This document shows, piece by piece, positions 37,907 through 51,278 of a DNA stretch of 64,000 nucleotides. The first letter of the stretch is position 1. Each line of letters opens with the position of its first letter. The stretch covers positions 10,478,001 to 10,542,000 of the forward strand of contig CM102290.1 of assembly GCA_046563655.1 (NCBI GenBank). The letters run 5' to 3'. The position numbers and the translations under genes were made by a program. Source of the stretch: Yuukianura sp. NJ FZ-2021. Its lineage: Eukaryota. The notes beneath the pieces were generated by a model. It saw only the letters and a list, made by a program, of their open reading frames with translations, did no database searches and was not told the DNA's origin.

Positions 37907-39495
37907 ATGGGGGGTCATGTCCAACGGCCCTGGACACCGACTAAGCGACGCGGACCAATCGCGGCTGAATTTACTGGACCAGGACCGGCTTGGGTGACTC
38001 TTCCATCACTAATCGGTTTGTATTTTTTTCAGTTTTTTTAGCTGTTTAACAATTTGGTTGTGAAACTTTTAGTAGTCGCTTCTAAAACTTTGCAAAAAAT
38101 ATATTTCAAATGTCCAATTGAAGCTTTTGGCGCCATTTTGGTTTTGGGGGGCAAAGCTTTGAACTTGAACTGACTTTTAGGGGTTTGGTTGACTACTGCA
38201 GGGCGTAAGCCATTCGTTTCGGGAACAGGACACTCTCCTTGCTTTTCCTTCGGCTGTAGGTAACAGTACAACTTTCAAAATTAAAATTTCTAAAAAACCG
38301 CCGAAAAATTCAGAAGCTTGCTCTGCTAAAATGTCTTCTTGCGTTGCCGTGACCTTACCTGCAGACACGGTGATACGCTTGATTATGCTGGTCCTGGGCC
38401 TACTTACAATGTCTTCGGCTTGGGTCACAAAGGTAGCACTCAAAAATTGTGCAAATTCCAAAATATACAAATTCGATTTCAAATTTTCAAAGCTTCTCAC
38501 TTCCAAATCTTCTGCTTCTGTACTCAAATACCGTTTTGTACCGTAACGCTGATGCCATTTATGAATAACAGGAAAGTCCTCTGCGCCAGCGTCTTCCATG
38601 CACATTCGCCACCACGAACCGAAACCATTCGTGACTCCGGCTCCATGCTCATACTTTCCGGAAAAAGCGGACAAAAACATTCTGGACGCTTCGCCTAAGT
38701 ACAGTTTCGGACTCAAAACCAGTCACGAAGTGAAGAGCACAACACCAGGTTAAAAAGCTTATTTTGAAAAAAATGAAGGTTTTAAATTTTGAAAACTGAC
38801 CTTAACCTTTGACCTTGAAAACAGCTCCGAACGTATACAAGGTTCCACCGGTGCTAGGGAAGGACTGTCCAGAAGGAAATAAGCAGAAGGCTCCAGCCTA
38901 CACTATTTCGGGACGTGGAAAGAGCCCGGTCGATGTCCATGCGGCTGTTCCAGGACCCGGTAAAATTCAAAATTTTAAAAATTCAAAATCTAAATTTGAA
39001 CACAATCGCCTTCATGAAATTTGTGTAAGTGACTTTTGTTTTGAATTTGGAGGGAAATACGAATCTGCAAATTTGAACGTCCTGCGCAAAAAGTCTCCTA
39101 GCTACTCTCTGAGCACTCGCACAACACTGCCAACTGATGATACCAAAAAACCCGGGCCGGGAGCACATTCTCCCGAAAAAGTTAGTTCCTCTAGTTTGTA
39201 ACCTTTGACCTCTTTCTCCCAATGTCCTCCGAACGTTGCAAATTTTCCGACTTCTCCAACGATTTCCGAGCTCTCCGCCTTCTCCGATGACCTTGATGTT
39301 TCCCCTACCACCGTCGGTGACCTTCCCACCTAAAGACTTGTACTGTTAAGCATCTCTTGACTTTAAAAATACATTGAAAACCCGTTTTTGCTTTGTGTCC
39401 ATTTGGCGGAACAGGTGACGGCTGTAGCCCCAGCCCACACATTTGGAATCAAACATTCGCCTTATACGGCAGAGCTCAAGAACTCGGGCTGGTAA
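37907..39495 (+). CDS. ODF3L: Outer dense fiber protein 3-like (SHIPPO/PGP-repeat protein)
   Basis: Exons ~37907-38015, 38202-38259, 38365-38431, 38572-38748, 38825-38959, 39053-39180 and 39415-39495. The translation MGGHVQRPWTPTKRRGPIAAEFTGPGPA..., with repeated PGPG/TPAP and P.YSF motifs, ends HTFGIKHSPY. Confidence 0.88.
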
Positions 39496-42333
39496 AGCAG
39501 AGAAAAAAGAACGAACCAATCCAAATCTTCCACCCACGCCAACAACCAGAGATCAGATGAGGACAACAATAGGATATTGCAGACATACGTCTTCAAACAG
39601 AAGATCACCAGCTACCAACTACCCACTAACACTTTGACTAATTGCACAGTCCCCTCCAAGGTGATATGAAAGTATGCTGCACTTCAATTTCAAACATCGA
39701 ATATTGTTCCACACTAATTGCAAGTTTCTCTCCTAAATCCTAACACACCTACTCACGATCCAATTTAAAAAAAAATTCAAGTCTAATAAAGTCAATTTCT
39801 TTTTCAAAATCCAATTCCAAACCTACTCAAAATTATTCCGACAAACATAAAATTTAAACCACTTTTTTCAATTTTAGACTTTTCACTTTTTGAATCTGCG
39901 CATGAACATTGGCAAGGCGTCAGGATTAGTGAATAATGAAGTAGGCCTTTCAAATTTTTCAGTAATTTCAAATTCAATTTTTTTACATTAGGTGGAAATT
40001 ATAAAATTCGAAAGTTCGAATCTCGTACTTCGTCTGATGAATGGCAACGAAGAGATTGGCGCTGTTGAAATTTTAGAAAGTATAACTAAAAAATTGTAAA
40101 ATCAGTTTCAGTTTTTGTAAATTTCGTATGCTGACAATTTACAAAGGAGACACGGCCAGCAATTTTTCTGAAAATTCCAAATGCTTTTCCAAGAAATTTT
40201 GAAAAAATGAATTCCGACTAGATATTTCGAGTTAGATGGTTTTATTTCAGTTTATTTAATTTGCCTGCCAAATGCAGTAGGGTTAACAGGTATAAATTAT
40301 TAGTCTGATGGAGGCAATTTACAATTGGAATGTATCTCTCGTATCACACTGCTACACAAATATAATAGTTAAATATTAAAGTAAAATTCAGTTTTTGAAA
40401 ATTCAGTAAGTTGTAAAATGTAAAGTGTTTTTTTTTGTAGTAGTAAAGAGTTAAACAGGTTTTAAACTTTTGTGAATAACAATGACTCAATTGTATGACA
40501 TTTGTGATTTTTAAAAAACCATCTTTATCTTTTTTTCACTTCCGTTTAATAACTTTTTGTTTTGAAAAATATTTCGACATTTTTTCACCTTTTTTAAAAA
40601 ATGGCCAAAAATGAGCAAAGATCCGTGTCCATTTTCAGTCAATTTTTCTCTTGGTTTATTTCTTGGTTACTAAAATTATAGTAATTCTGTATAAAAATGA
40701 AGGTTGTAAGAGAATAGCTAAGGTAAAAAGAAATTTTTTTTTTCTGAAAAAGTTAGGATTTTAGATTTGACATTACAAAAATTAAACTTTCATCATTTTT
40801 TGACCTCGCGACCTTTGACCTTTTGAAAACAGTGTGACAACAAGAGGATCCCTTTGCCTTAACCCTACCCTTATAATAGTACTACTACTTTTCAGTCTTC
40901 AAAAAACCAAATAACTTTTTTTCAACATAAAATTTCCAGTTTTTCTATAAAAACAAAAAAAAATTAAGCTTCCCGTTATAACATAAGGTTGGTTTTTAAA
41001 TATACTTTTTGAAAAAGTTAAGTTTTTATACAAATTGTAGGAGAGTTAACTTTTTTCAGTTATTCGTAGGCTCTGAGGTAGTCATGTTGTCCAAAAGTAT
41101 GGTCGACAAAAAAGATTGTAGTCCACGCCAGTCTTAAACTTTTAACTTCAAAAAACTAAACTTAAAACCGAAAAAAATATATTACAACTTAGCTAAATTA
41201 TAATAAATTTAATTAAACTAATTCCAACTGTGTGAAATTTACAAAAACAGATGATTGAATATTCTCTGCTGTGATTTAAAAAATCCCGTCTTACAGATTT
41301 TAAATAAGTTAAAATAAATTGCAAAATGAAGTAATTAAATTAAGTGTAATGTAATTGTAATTAAACTTTAGTTAATTACAAAGCATAATCCAATTCCCTC
41401 CAAGCATAAACCCAGTCAGTTTTTTAACTTTCTTTTTCGTCAAGGAAGAATTTCAGGAACAGCCATAATCCAAAACAATTAAAAAAAAAACCAACCCAAT
41501 TCCTGTAGCCCAAAAAAATTTTCACCTTACCCAAAAAATTAAAAATTATAAACCAGTCACCGGGAAAGTTTAAAATTTTGTTCCATCTTTTACAAAATGG
41601 GCCTCCGGTGGGAAAACTTTTTCAAAAATAGAGTTATTGTACGTACTGAATCAAGATTGATGTGGGATGGGAATTACGTTAATGCTATTCTTTGGCCTTA
41701 TGAATTAAAATAACAAAATGGAAGCCTTTAAACGCATTTGAAGGTTCGTTCCATTCATTCTTCCCAGTTTACAATTCCTCCACTTTACACCTTAATTTAA
41801 TTAAAACTAACCAACCTTAGTTAGCCATTTAACCTAACTTAGCCCCTCAAAGGTCAAAGCTTAACCTTCAAGGTCAAAGGTCAGTAAAGCTATTGTTAGT
41901 GAATAAGTGAAAACAAACTGCAAATTTTCAAGGTCTAGCAGAAACCTCTCCAACTCTAGCGTGGCCTCGTTCCAGTTTTTTTTTTGCGGGCAAATTTAAA
42001 CTTTCCAGTAATTTAACTTTTCTGCTCTTCATCTCAAATCAAATTGGTTTGGAATTCAGTTTTATCTGAACAAATCTTTCTCTAAATCTGAACAAATCTT
42101 TTTTTAAAACACGTTTGAACAATTCGTTTGCACTCTCCTCCATTAATTAGTCTCGTTAGGTTAACAAAACAAATCACTGCCAGGGTTACTCTGTACAACA
42201 CTAGTATCGTCCTTGGATGTCAAGGTAAGGACCAATTCCTATTAAATACAAATTATCCAATGCACTCCATGCCCTTGACAAGTTGACATAATCGTTACGA
42301 TTGTCTTGCACCTTGACTGGTTAGGTTAACCTA

Positions 42334-42455
42334 CCGTAGATTTCCAAATAGTACCCTGTGATTCCAAATAGTACACCGTCACCACAATTAGTACCCCTCT
42401 CCACAATGGGCCACTTAAGATTTAGTACCCGGGGGTACTATTTGGAAATCTACGG
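42334..42455. mobile_element. Tc1/mariner-pogo-type MITE with TA TSD
   Basis: Perfect 23-bp TIRs CCGTAGATTTCCAAATAGTACCC / GGGTACTATTTGGAAATCTACGG flanked by TA on both sides, with internal TAGTAC subrepeats. Confidence 0.88.
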
Positions 42456-44493
42456 TAACCATCCCATTTGCTAATTACACAAAATGGATGAATAACACGA
42501 TGGTGTCAAGAGCGGACAAGTCCAAGGTAATAGCACAGTATCTCCTTAATTTACAAACTTAATGATAGGTTTAAGGTTAGAGCAAAATGGCATACACAAT
42601 TACACATGTTACATTGACATTAGCTGTGAACCTTGACCTTCATAAAACCACCGTAGTAACCTCCCTCACTGATTGTAAACAGAAAAATAGTTAGGTCGTT
42701 TTGACATTTAAAACCTAACTTAATTAAATCCATAAAGAGTCCTGTTAATTACAGTTTTACTAAATCTGGAGACACTGGCTGGCGTTTTACAATAGAAAAG
42801 TAATCTCGATTCCTAAGTTTATACTACGCTAAAAGTAATCATAACTTAACCGTAACCATAACCTAACACAAGACGTAACTTTCCATTCCACATTAGTAAC
42901 CTCTAGTAAAACCCTCCATTATCTTACGTAACGTTTATAGTCAGCTGATTCGCTGGACAGTCTCGTCGTTTGTCTTTCCAGTCGAGTTAGCATGTGGTTT
43001 TACATAGTCTTTGTTATTGTGTGGGTTCTTGAGTTTTGCAAAATTTGCAGAAAATTTCGCAATTGAAATTTTAACAAATTTTGGAAATTAGTCCAGTAGA
43101 AGTCACCCCCGCCCCCTACCCTAACTTTCTAAAAAACGAATTTTTTGGATTAGTTTTTCTTAAACAAAATTGAACACATGGAGTGTGGATCTCTCTCAGC
43201 CTTTGAAGCTCATTTTGTACAGTCTTCGCTTTTGTAAAAATGCTCTTAATTTTGTAGTAATTTTTATATATTATAAAACTACGTATTATTATTCTCGAAA
43301 AAAAATCAAAAAAAAATTAAGTCATTGTTAACTTCCTCAGTCTATTTTAACGTAGATTTCTTCCTTGGAAGAAATCGTCCACTTTCCTTTCCACTTCATA
43401 GGCTTTCCCCAAAATTTTTAAGCTTTCACTCACTTTCTTTAAAAAGAATTTTTCTTTAACATTTTCAAAAAAAAAGTTTCGTTTTTGTAAAACTGTCCAA
43501 AAAGGAATAGGCCTGTCTTTTGCATAATAACTTGATGAAAATAAGTCATCGGGAAAACAAGAAGAGTCAACCTCTGAAGCCTTGCTTGACAGTTAATTAG
43601 TTAAAAGTTGATTAAAGTTGCATTAATTCGTAAATTTCAATTATCGAATTTAAGATTTAGGACTCTTTCTTCCTCCTCTTTCTGAACATAACTTTCCCTG
43701 CCAAAAAGTGACTATAAACGGCTACAAAAACTTAAGTTCGAGTGAGTTTATACTTGACAAAACTATAAAACATAATATAACTAAAATATTTTTTTTTAAA
43801 GTAAAGTTAACAACTATAAAACTATTTACGTCTTGTGAAGTTTGATAGTCTTAAATGGCAGAAGTTGTATAATTGAAAACAAGACTCTTTTTGGACTCGA
43901 TAAATAAATTTCTCTTGTCTACGATTTAGAAATCAGTCTTTTACATTTTCTGTTTTCATATTTAAAAAAACAAACTTTTTTTAAAAACAAAAAACAAAGC
44001 AACATTAGTTGTGAGAATGGAGTTTTTGGCGATTAATTAACTTGACGATTCAGTCATCTTTTTCAAGGTCCCTTAATCTTCGTTTTTTGAAACTCCATGT
44101 TTTGTAAGCAGTCCTTAACTCCCTTTGAACACATTTAGTCCTTGTTTGAACACATACAGTTCTTGTTTGAACACACTTATTAGTATCTGAACACATTTGA
44201 TTTCAATTTGTAAGGTTGGTTTCTACGTATCTTTAGTTTTATGAAAAAGGTATATGAAAAACCCGAACTTGAGTCAACATTTTAGTTATTGCACGTACTT
44301 GAACTTGAAAGAAACTCTAAAAAACAGTTTAAAAATGTTCTGATTTGGAAAACCTTGTGATTTCTGGAAAATTACAGCATGTACTTGTAGTAGTGGTCCA
44401 ACCCACGCATGGTTTTAGGATTAACGTAAAGTAAAATGCTCACCGACCCGTCAGTTCTTTTTTGATTATTGCTTTTTAGCAGAGACGTAAACT

Positions 44494-47114
44494 TCAGGCT
44501 CCAAAATAGGATCCATTGAGATAAGTTGGAAATGGGGGCGGTGGAGGCTGCTGACGTGGCGGTGGACCGAGACTTGATCCGGGTGAAGTCATCTCTGGCC
44601 CTTTACCATCTGAAAATACGTTTTCAGAAGAAAAATTAATTAAAAATGTGTCTAACTTAAGCAGACTTTAGAGTATAACCCGACGTTCATGAACGGTCAA
44701 CTATGGACACTTTAGGTTTATGTTATGCCCACGAAGTAGAATCTAAATGTCGTCATGAAGAGTACTCGTCGTCCATAAGTGACCGTCCACGAGAGCCCTA
44801 CATTCATCTAGACTTGTATTGCACTGGTTTCCCGCCAAATTCAAAACGTTGTGAAACGTTTTCACGACGTTTTGATGCTATTTGAATCTAACCATTCTCA
44901 GAGTTGCTCTCTTCTGCTCTTTCGTAGTGCGGCGACTCTTCGAGATCTTCAATTCTTGGACTGTGATCTTGTTTGATACTGGAAGAGCCTGGATCCGAGT
45001 CAATCTTGTCACTGTCTCCTTCTTGCCCATGTGAGTTCCCGTTGCCATTGCCAGTTGAGGATACGTCAAGCGGTTCTTCTGGAGAGTAGCCCGAAACGTC
45101 TTCCATCTTGAGATTTAGCCCTTGGTAAGGAGACATAGGGAAACTGCCTTTGCGATATGGACGGTTCGTCGTTATTCCCAACTTCTTGACCTTGTCATAG
45201 AGCGTTCGAGACGGAACGCCATACTTCCGAGCAGCTTGTAAGGCACTCATCCCGGCACGAACGGCTTCAATTGCTGCCATGATGTCATTCCGAGTGTACT
45301 GTTTGTACCGTTTCCACTCTGGTTTCTGATTGGATCCGCCATAACCCGCCATCCCTGTGGAACAAGTAAGGAAAAAAGGCAGAAAATGCATTAAGTTGTT
45401 TATAGTTTTTGTTCCAAATTCGATAAGATTAGTAAATAGAAACTACACATTTCAAATCCAGCTGCTTATTAACTATGTAAGTGTGTGTGTGTTTCCTTGT
45501 TGTTCCAGCCAAGTTTGGCCCATTTCATCGAAAGTTCCCGCAATGGATGAAAATGTGTGTGATTTAACGTAATCGTGTGCCATTTAACCTCATTCAATGT
45601 CCAAAACCACTTACCCTGCTTATTATCTTCCGAGTCCAGGCTAAAGGAATGATTGTCTTCGTGCATCTGAAAAATAGATAAACAAGACTCTAGGTTATGC
45701 TTGACTCTGCACATTTATTAATCTGCTAAGCACTTTAAACCTTGACATTACGGGTGAATGGACCAAGTTCTACTTTTTAAGTTGGTGACATAGACATACA
45801 AACACACAGAAAGATGACAAAAATAACAAGCTTGGACTTACCTTATCACTCTCGACACTGCGGATGGAGTCATCGAAATACGTGTCTGGAGATTCACGGA
45901 GTCCCTGCAAATCATGTCCAGAAGTTATTATTACCTGCAGCTTTTAAACTTAATTCATTTTAAATCAATTCAATCCCCGGATGAACAAAAATGAATGACG
46001 CACAATTGCATTGTTTTTCTCAAATTTAAAAAATCTGCTCAAAAGGACGTTAATCCGACAGTCCAGCAGTTTCGTTTCTTGTAACAAAATTGCTGAATTG
46101 GTCTCTAATGTAATGTACATGTAATATAATGCAATAATTCTACTTTGACCTTGAACTTTAGATTGCACTGGACATGAAGGTTACCTTGTCACTGTTGTCG
46201 TTGGGTCCATTACTGTTGGGTGTCCCACTACCAGAGAGTGAATAATTGATTGACTTGACCTGTGGCTCACAGTTTGGATGGGAAGCCGTGTGACCCAAGA
46301 CTGTCCTCAGAATCGGCGTATCCTTATTGAGGTTCGTATTTGAGCTGCTTCCGCTGCTATAGTACAATTTCTTACGTTTGAAACATGATGTAGACTCTAC
46401 TGAATTTTCATAGGTTGTGGATATGGAGGAAACTCCGCCGTGGATTGGTGACGATGACGCTGATGGCAACTTCGTTGATGACCAAGCATGGAAGGATGGG
46501 ATGGAGTTCCTCTCTGGCGGTAGTACGGCACTGTAAGGTGACTCTGTCGGAATGAACTTATTATTCGGTGGCAAATGATTATTTTTTGGATAGGACGGAC
46601 CGACTCCGACGTTGTTGTCGTAGTCAAGTTGCGGCAGAGGCGGTGGGGGAGGTGGAGCTGGAGGTCGAACTTGCTGCTGCTGAGTTGACTGAGCGAAATT
46701 TGTTGTCGAAGAGTGCGGCGACGAATTGCCGACTGCTGCCGAAGACGTTCTCTGATGATCTTCTACGAGCCCTTTGACCTTGAGCGTTTCTGCTGCCTTG
46801 AGCAAGCCGGACAACTGATCTTGACCAACATTGACCTCCCCTTTGTACATGTACTCCAGGATGGCCTTGACCTCTGAGAACAGAATGTCCTTGAGGATGA
46901 CAATGGGATGTCGACAGTCGTTTTCCAGGAACAATTGCTGGAAGTATGAGGAACAGGCTGCCAACACCATTTTATGACACTTGATTGAGTGGCCGTCACA
47001 GGCTAACGTCACGTCCGTAAACGCTTCGGTATGAAACAAATGTTCAAAGACCAGGAGTAAGTTGGAGCGGTGATTGTTCCAACGAAGACAGTATTGCTGA
47101 TTTGCTTGTCCCAT
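44494..47114 (-). CDS. lov: BTB/POZ plus pipsqueak HTH transcription factor (Tkr/jim lovell-like)
   Basis: Exon 47114-46185 carries a tramtrack-type BTB (QQYCLRWNNH...DVTLACDG...HKMVLAACS...LKVKGL). It is followed by 45904(or 45934)-45842, 45666-45615, 45354-44893 (WKRYKQYTRNDIMAAIEAVRAGMSALQAARKYGVPSRTLYDKVKKLGI, psq motif) and 44609-44494; an alternative stop lies at 44888. Confidence 0.88.
44687..44791. mobile_element. Short inverted-repeat element in the last lov intron
   Basis: GAACGGTCAACTATGGAC ... GTCCATAAGTGACCGTCC imperfect inverted repeat; same end motif as 22010-22296. Confidence 0.5.
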
Positions 47115-50100
47115 TCTTGATTTGTAGGAGCCGTTCGAGAGCACTGAAGAACTGAAAACAGAAGAAATTTATTTTACTGAAGAGACTGGAAGAACGTTGA
47201 CGCAGGGTGGGCAACTTTGCCGCTGCGGAAAACTTGCACTGGTGGAAGGTTAGGTTAACCTAAAATTGGCAAACTGACTTGGAGCGCGTTGGGGATGAAA
47301 CTGACGAAACTAAACGGTGTACCCTTTACTACCCTCCAACTTTACGGTGTCAAGCGTATTACGACTGCTAATAACGATTCACCGTCACTGTTCAAACCGT
47401 GTCAACCGCCATTCCTCCTGACCACCATGACTTTGCTGGGTGTGGATAAGCCAAAAAAATTTTGCGTGTAGAATGGAGACAGCAGGAGTAAAGTTAGGGA
47501 GGTGTTTTCTGGACCTGGCAGAAGGAAACCCAGTATAAATTGGTCCGAGCTCTCCGTGGATACCCAAAAAAGAGTTACTTGGAGTGGAGCTCTGTGCCGA
47601 GCCTTGTAAATTGGACTTTTTCTACTTCTTCTGCGGGGGGATGATGGGGATGGTTTTGGGGGGTACGGGAGCTCTTAGGTCCAGGGTGGGAACGTTACGG
47701 AAGATGGCTGCAATTTTGAGGGGCTGACTAAGAGAGGGAAGTGCTTAGGCTTGAGTAAGATCCAGAATGAAAGCTAAGGCTGACTTTGGCCTCGGCTTCC
47801 CTAAGCCAAGCTATTATAGGCCTCTTTAGATTACGTAATGCACAAAATGCACTTTCCGAGGTGATGGTTGGGGGGGGGGGTGTTCTTAAGGGGAGGTGTT
47901 CAAACTAGCTTTCCTAAATATACCCCCAAAATCCTATCGTGTCCAGAGTGTACCAGAATATCCAAAGACCATGTCATTCTTACCCAGAGACCCAGAATGT
48001 CATGGAATACTTGGTAGTAAGTTGGCCTGTCTGCGCCAAAAGCCTCCAAGCTTTGGCCAAAAACCTTTCGTTTTGTACAGACAACAATAGAATCCTCCCC
48101 ATCCCCACCCGCCCCCAGGGGCAACAATAGGCTATTCCTCCCCACTCCATGACCATGCACATCCACTTGATTAATCCCTACTCTTGCCAAATTTCTTCCA
48201 TCCCTGTGGCCCTGTAGGGGCCCTTAAGGCCCAACCTGCTCCAACTAACTACCCTTCCTAAAATATTTCAGCCCCTTTAAAAGTAAACACAGGGTAAAGG
48301 GCCCCATGAATCCAGAACAATGGGCCAAGGGACATGCCAAAACATGACAGTGACAGCAACGAAAACTGCAAAGTTCAACAAAACAAAAGGGATTTAGGAA
48401 TAAGCAAAGTCCAAAGCTCCATTTTCCAAGAATTCTTTGACTAATATCGACGATACTAACTTACCAACGTTTATGATGGATGTACATTCCGGTATCGAGA
48501 TATCAGGAACGAACAATACACGGCAAGCGTAACTGCAAAAATTGCGATTCGCGAAACGTAAAACTGTAGTCGCCGTATCCACCTTAGGTTTGACGTGTGA
48601 CGGTAGACATATTAGTACAGTTGACATTACATTTTACTAATTAATTAAGCAGTACATAGAAGATTATAATTACATTTACCTACCTATACTAATTACGTTT
48701 TGCTTACGTTTCAGGAACGTTTGAATCTGCACAGCGACATGAAACTGAAGTCTGGTATTCGGTACGTTTTACGTAACTGGTACACGTAAATGAAACGATA
48801 TGGCGGTAGACCTACAACGGTATTCCGTGTCACCAACAATCGAACAACAGCGACTAAGTCAAAAAAACGGTGCCACCGTTAGGAACAATGTCAGTATGCG
48901 GAGTGATGAGAGGTTCTGCAAACCCTTTTATGAAAATTGCAATGTCCAGCGTCGATATGAATGGTGGAGTTATGCAGTCACGTGATTCAATGAGAGGAAT
49001 TGTTTGATTTTGATTGTTCTCGAATCGTTGATTGGTGGATTTTGGCCATCTAGTGCCAATGCATAGTTTCATGCAAATTTTTAGCCACCTTCTGGTCACC
49101 CATTCGCAATGTCATTGTCATTGTTAAAAGTTTTGTATTAATTCAATTCGAATTAATTTCGATTTTTCAATTATATAAAAACCACAATACTAAGAAAATG
49201 TTAGGTTTCTAACATTAATATAAACGTGCAAATTCGTTTTAGCAACTTCGCCAAGATTGGCAATGGAATCTCAACCTTGCACAAATTTCTCGTCATTAGC
49301 CAAAAATTTGCATAAGGACTGTACTGTTTCGCCTTTGTTCAAGTTAAGGTGGCTTTGATTAGTAGCATGGTGTGATCATTCGCAAATTGCAAATCTTAAA
49401 TGGTGTGAATTTGCAAAAAAAAAGAGGAAAAAAAACTTTCGAATATTACTAAGAAGTTTGGTTTTAACCTGAGATTAAAAATAAGATTAGAAAAATTCCA
49501 TTTGGAATTCTAAATTTGGCAATAAGTTGTAAGTTTTGCATGGAAACAGTGCACTAAAAAGTAGCATGACTCTGAAAAGAATGGGATAAGCTGCTTTTTG
49601 TAAAAAAAAAAAAATCAAAATGCGAAGGGGAGATGAAATCTGGGCTTGGGCGTTTTTTAAAAAAAAAGAAGCTTTTTAAAACAAAAAAATTCCTGCTGTA
49701 ACTTGTTCCTTGGAATTTGTTAAAAGAAGTGCTTTGTGCAAAAAAACAATAAATTGCTGAATCCCACGACCCATCAACCCCCCTATATTTCTATTTTCAA
49801 AAATACGTTGGAATTTGTTTTTTCATGATTTGATTTTTAAAACAAGAGTTTGAAATTTTGAAACAAGATGGCGAGTACAGTAGCTAGAGTTTTGGAATAA
49901 GAGTTCGGTAGCTCCATGAGATGGCGTAAGCATCCTACGCATTTTACGCACATGACGCACTTTTTTTTTCTTGAAAAAGCCATATTAAGACACATCAGAA
50001 TTTTTACAATTCAAAATTAATATTTTTTGTAACAAAAATATCTGACAACTTCGGTGTATCTTTATTTGTTCATTGCAAAAAGCAATGCTGAAGAGTATGA

Positions 50101-51278
50101 ATCCAGTTTTGGCAGAAACATGGCCGCCTGCCATGTGCCAAAACAGATGCGAAATTTGGAATCGCAAAGGCTGGTAAATCAACAACTTATTTTGCTAAAC
50201 CTGTTTTTTTTTTCAAAATGTTTCAAATTTTATTAACTTTTTCATTGGCTGAAGTTCTGGAAGAATGGTTAGAAAGCAAAAACATGCACAGCATTTATTA
50301 ATTTACAGCTGACGAATTACGTTTCGACGTAAATGACTCTGACAAGGGCGGGATTTTTTTGCTGATGGAGGGAATTTAAAAGTTGTTTCAAAAAACACTA
50401 CACTCAAATATTGCATTTTTGAACTAAATTCTAAACTTCTACTTGATTAGTAATAATGTTTATAAGTGTACTAAGGTTTAAGTCGTTTCCTTAAATTTCA
50501 AATTAACTTCAAAGTTTACAAATTTCAAAAAAAGAAAGTTAACTTTTTAGAACTTATTGAATGTTTGTGCAAAATGTTACTAAAATTCATGCATGGTTGG
50601 TTGGTAGGTGTAGTGCTTAAGCACATGCGCGTAGCTTAAGACTATTAACTTGTAACTTATAGTTTTCCCGCACGTTAACTTCTTTTTTACAAATTACAAA
50701 AAACGTTTTGGTAGTTGAAATGGTGCTGGCGGGGTTCGGTGTCTTAGTTATGTTTTGACGGTTAGGTTAAGGACGCATGTCTTAATTGAACAAATTTCAA
50801 GGTTTCAATTAATTAAATGTAATGTAATTAATCTATGCACTATAGTCAATTAGTTAACCTCAGCTAAGCCAAGTTATGGTTAGGTTTAACAATACGTTAT
50901 GCGGCAGGAAGATGAACTGGGTTTTCAGTTGTCGTTTCACAATTTCAATTTCACGTTAATATCAATGACGTAAAGTAGTACAAGGGTAGTTCGTTCAGTA
51001 TCGAAGTACTGGTAGTACCGAAGGTTTCCGTTGAAGTGCCGGTAGTACCGTATTGTTTCCATCGTAGTACCGGAAGTACCGTATTGTTTCTACCAATGTG
51101 TCGGATTAGTACCGTAAACGTTCATCCTCAACTTCAGGCGATGAACGTAAGTTGTAAATTTCAGTTAAGTTTAAGAGCCCATGACTTGATCACAAAATTT
51201 TTTGAAAGTCAAAAATAATTTTAATTCCTAATTAGTTTTTAATTTTCTTGAGTTTTGTGTTCAACCCTTAGAAAGGCT

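Noticed and set aside
40034..40095. Second CTGATGA...GAAA hammerhead candidate
   Set aside because: No stem I can form, and stems II and III are weak.
47886..48227. TTAA-GGG...CCC-TTAA bounded segment as a Kolobok/piggyBac element
   Set aside because: The ends do not match as inverted repeats beyond 3 bp.
50329..50356. CTGACGA followed by a TTACGT-ttcg-ACGTAA hairpin
   Set aside because: It lacks the GAAA core and stems I/III.
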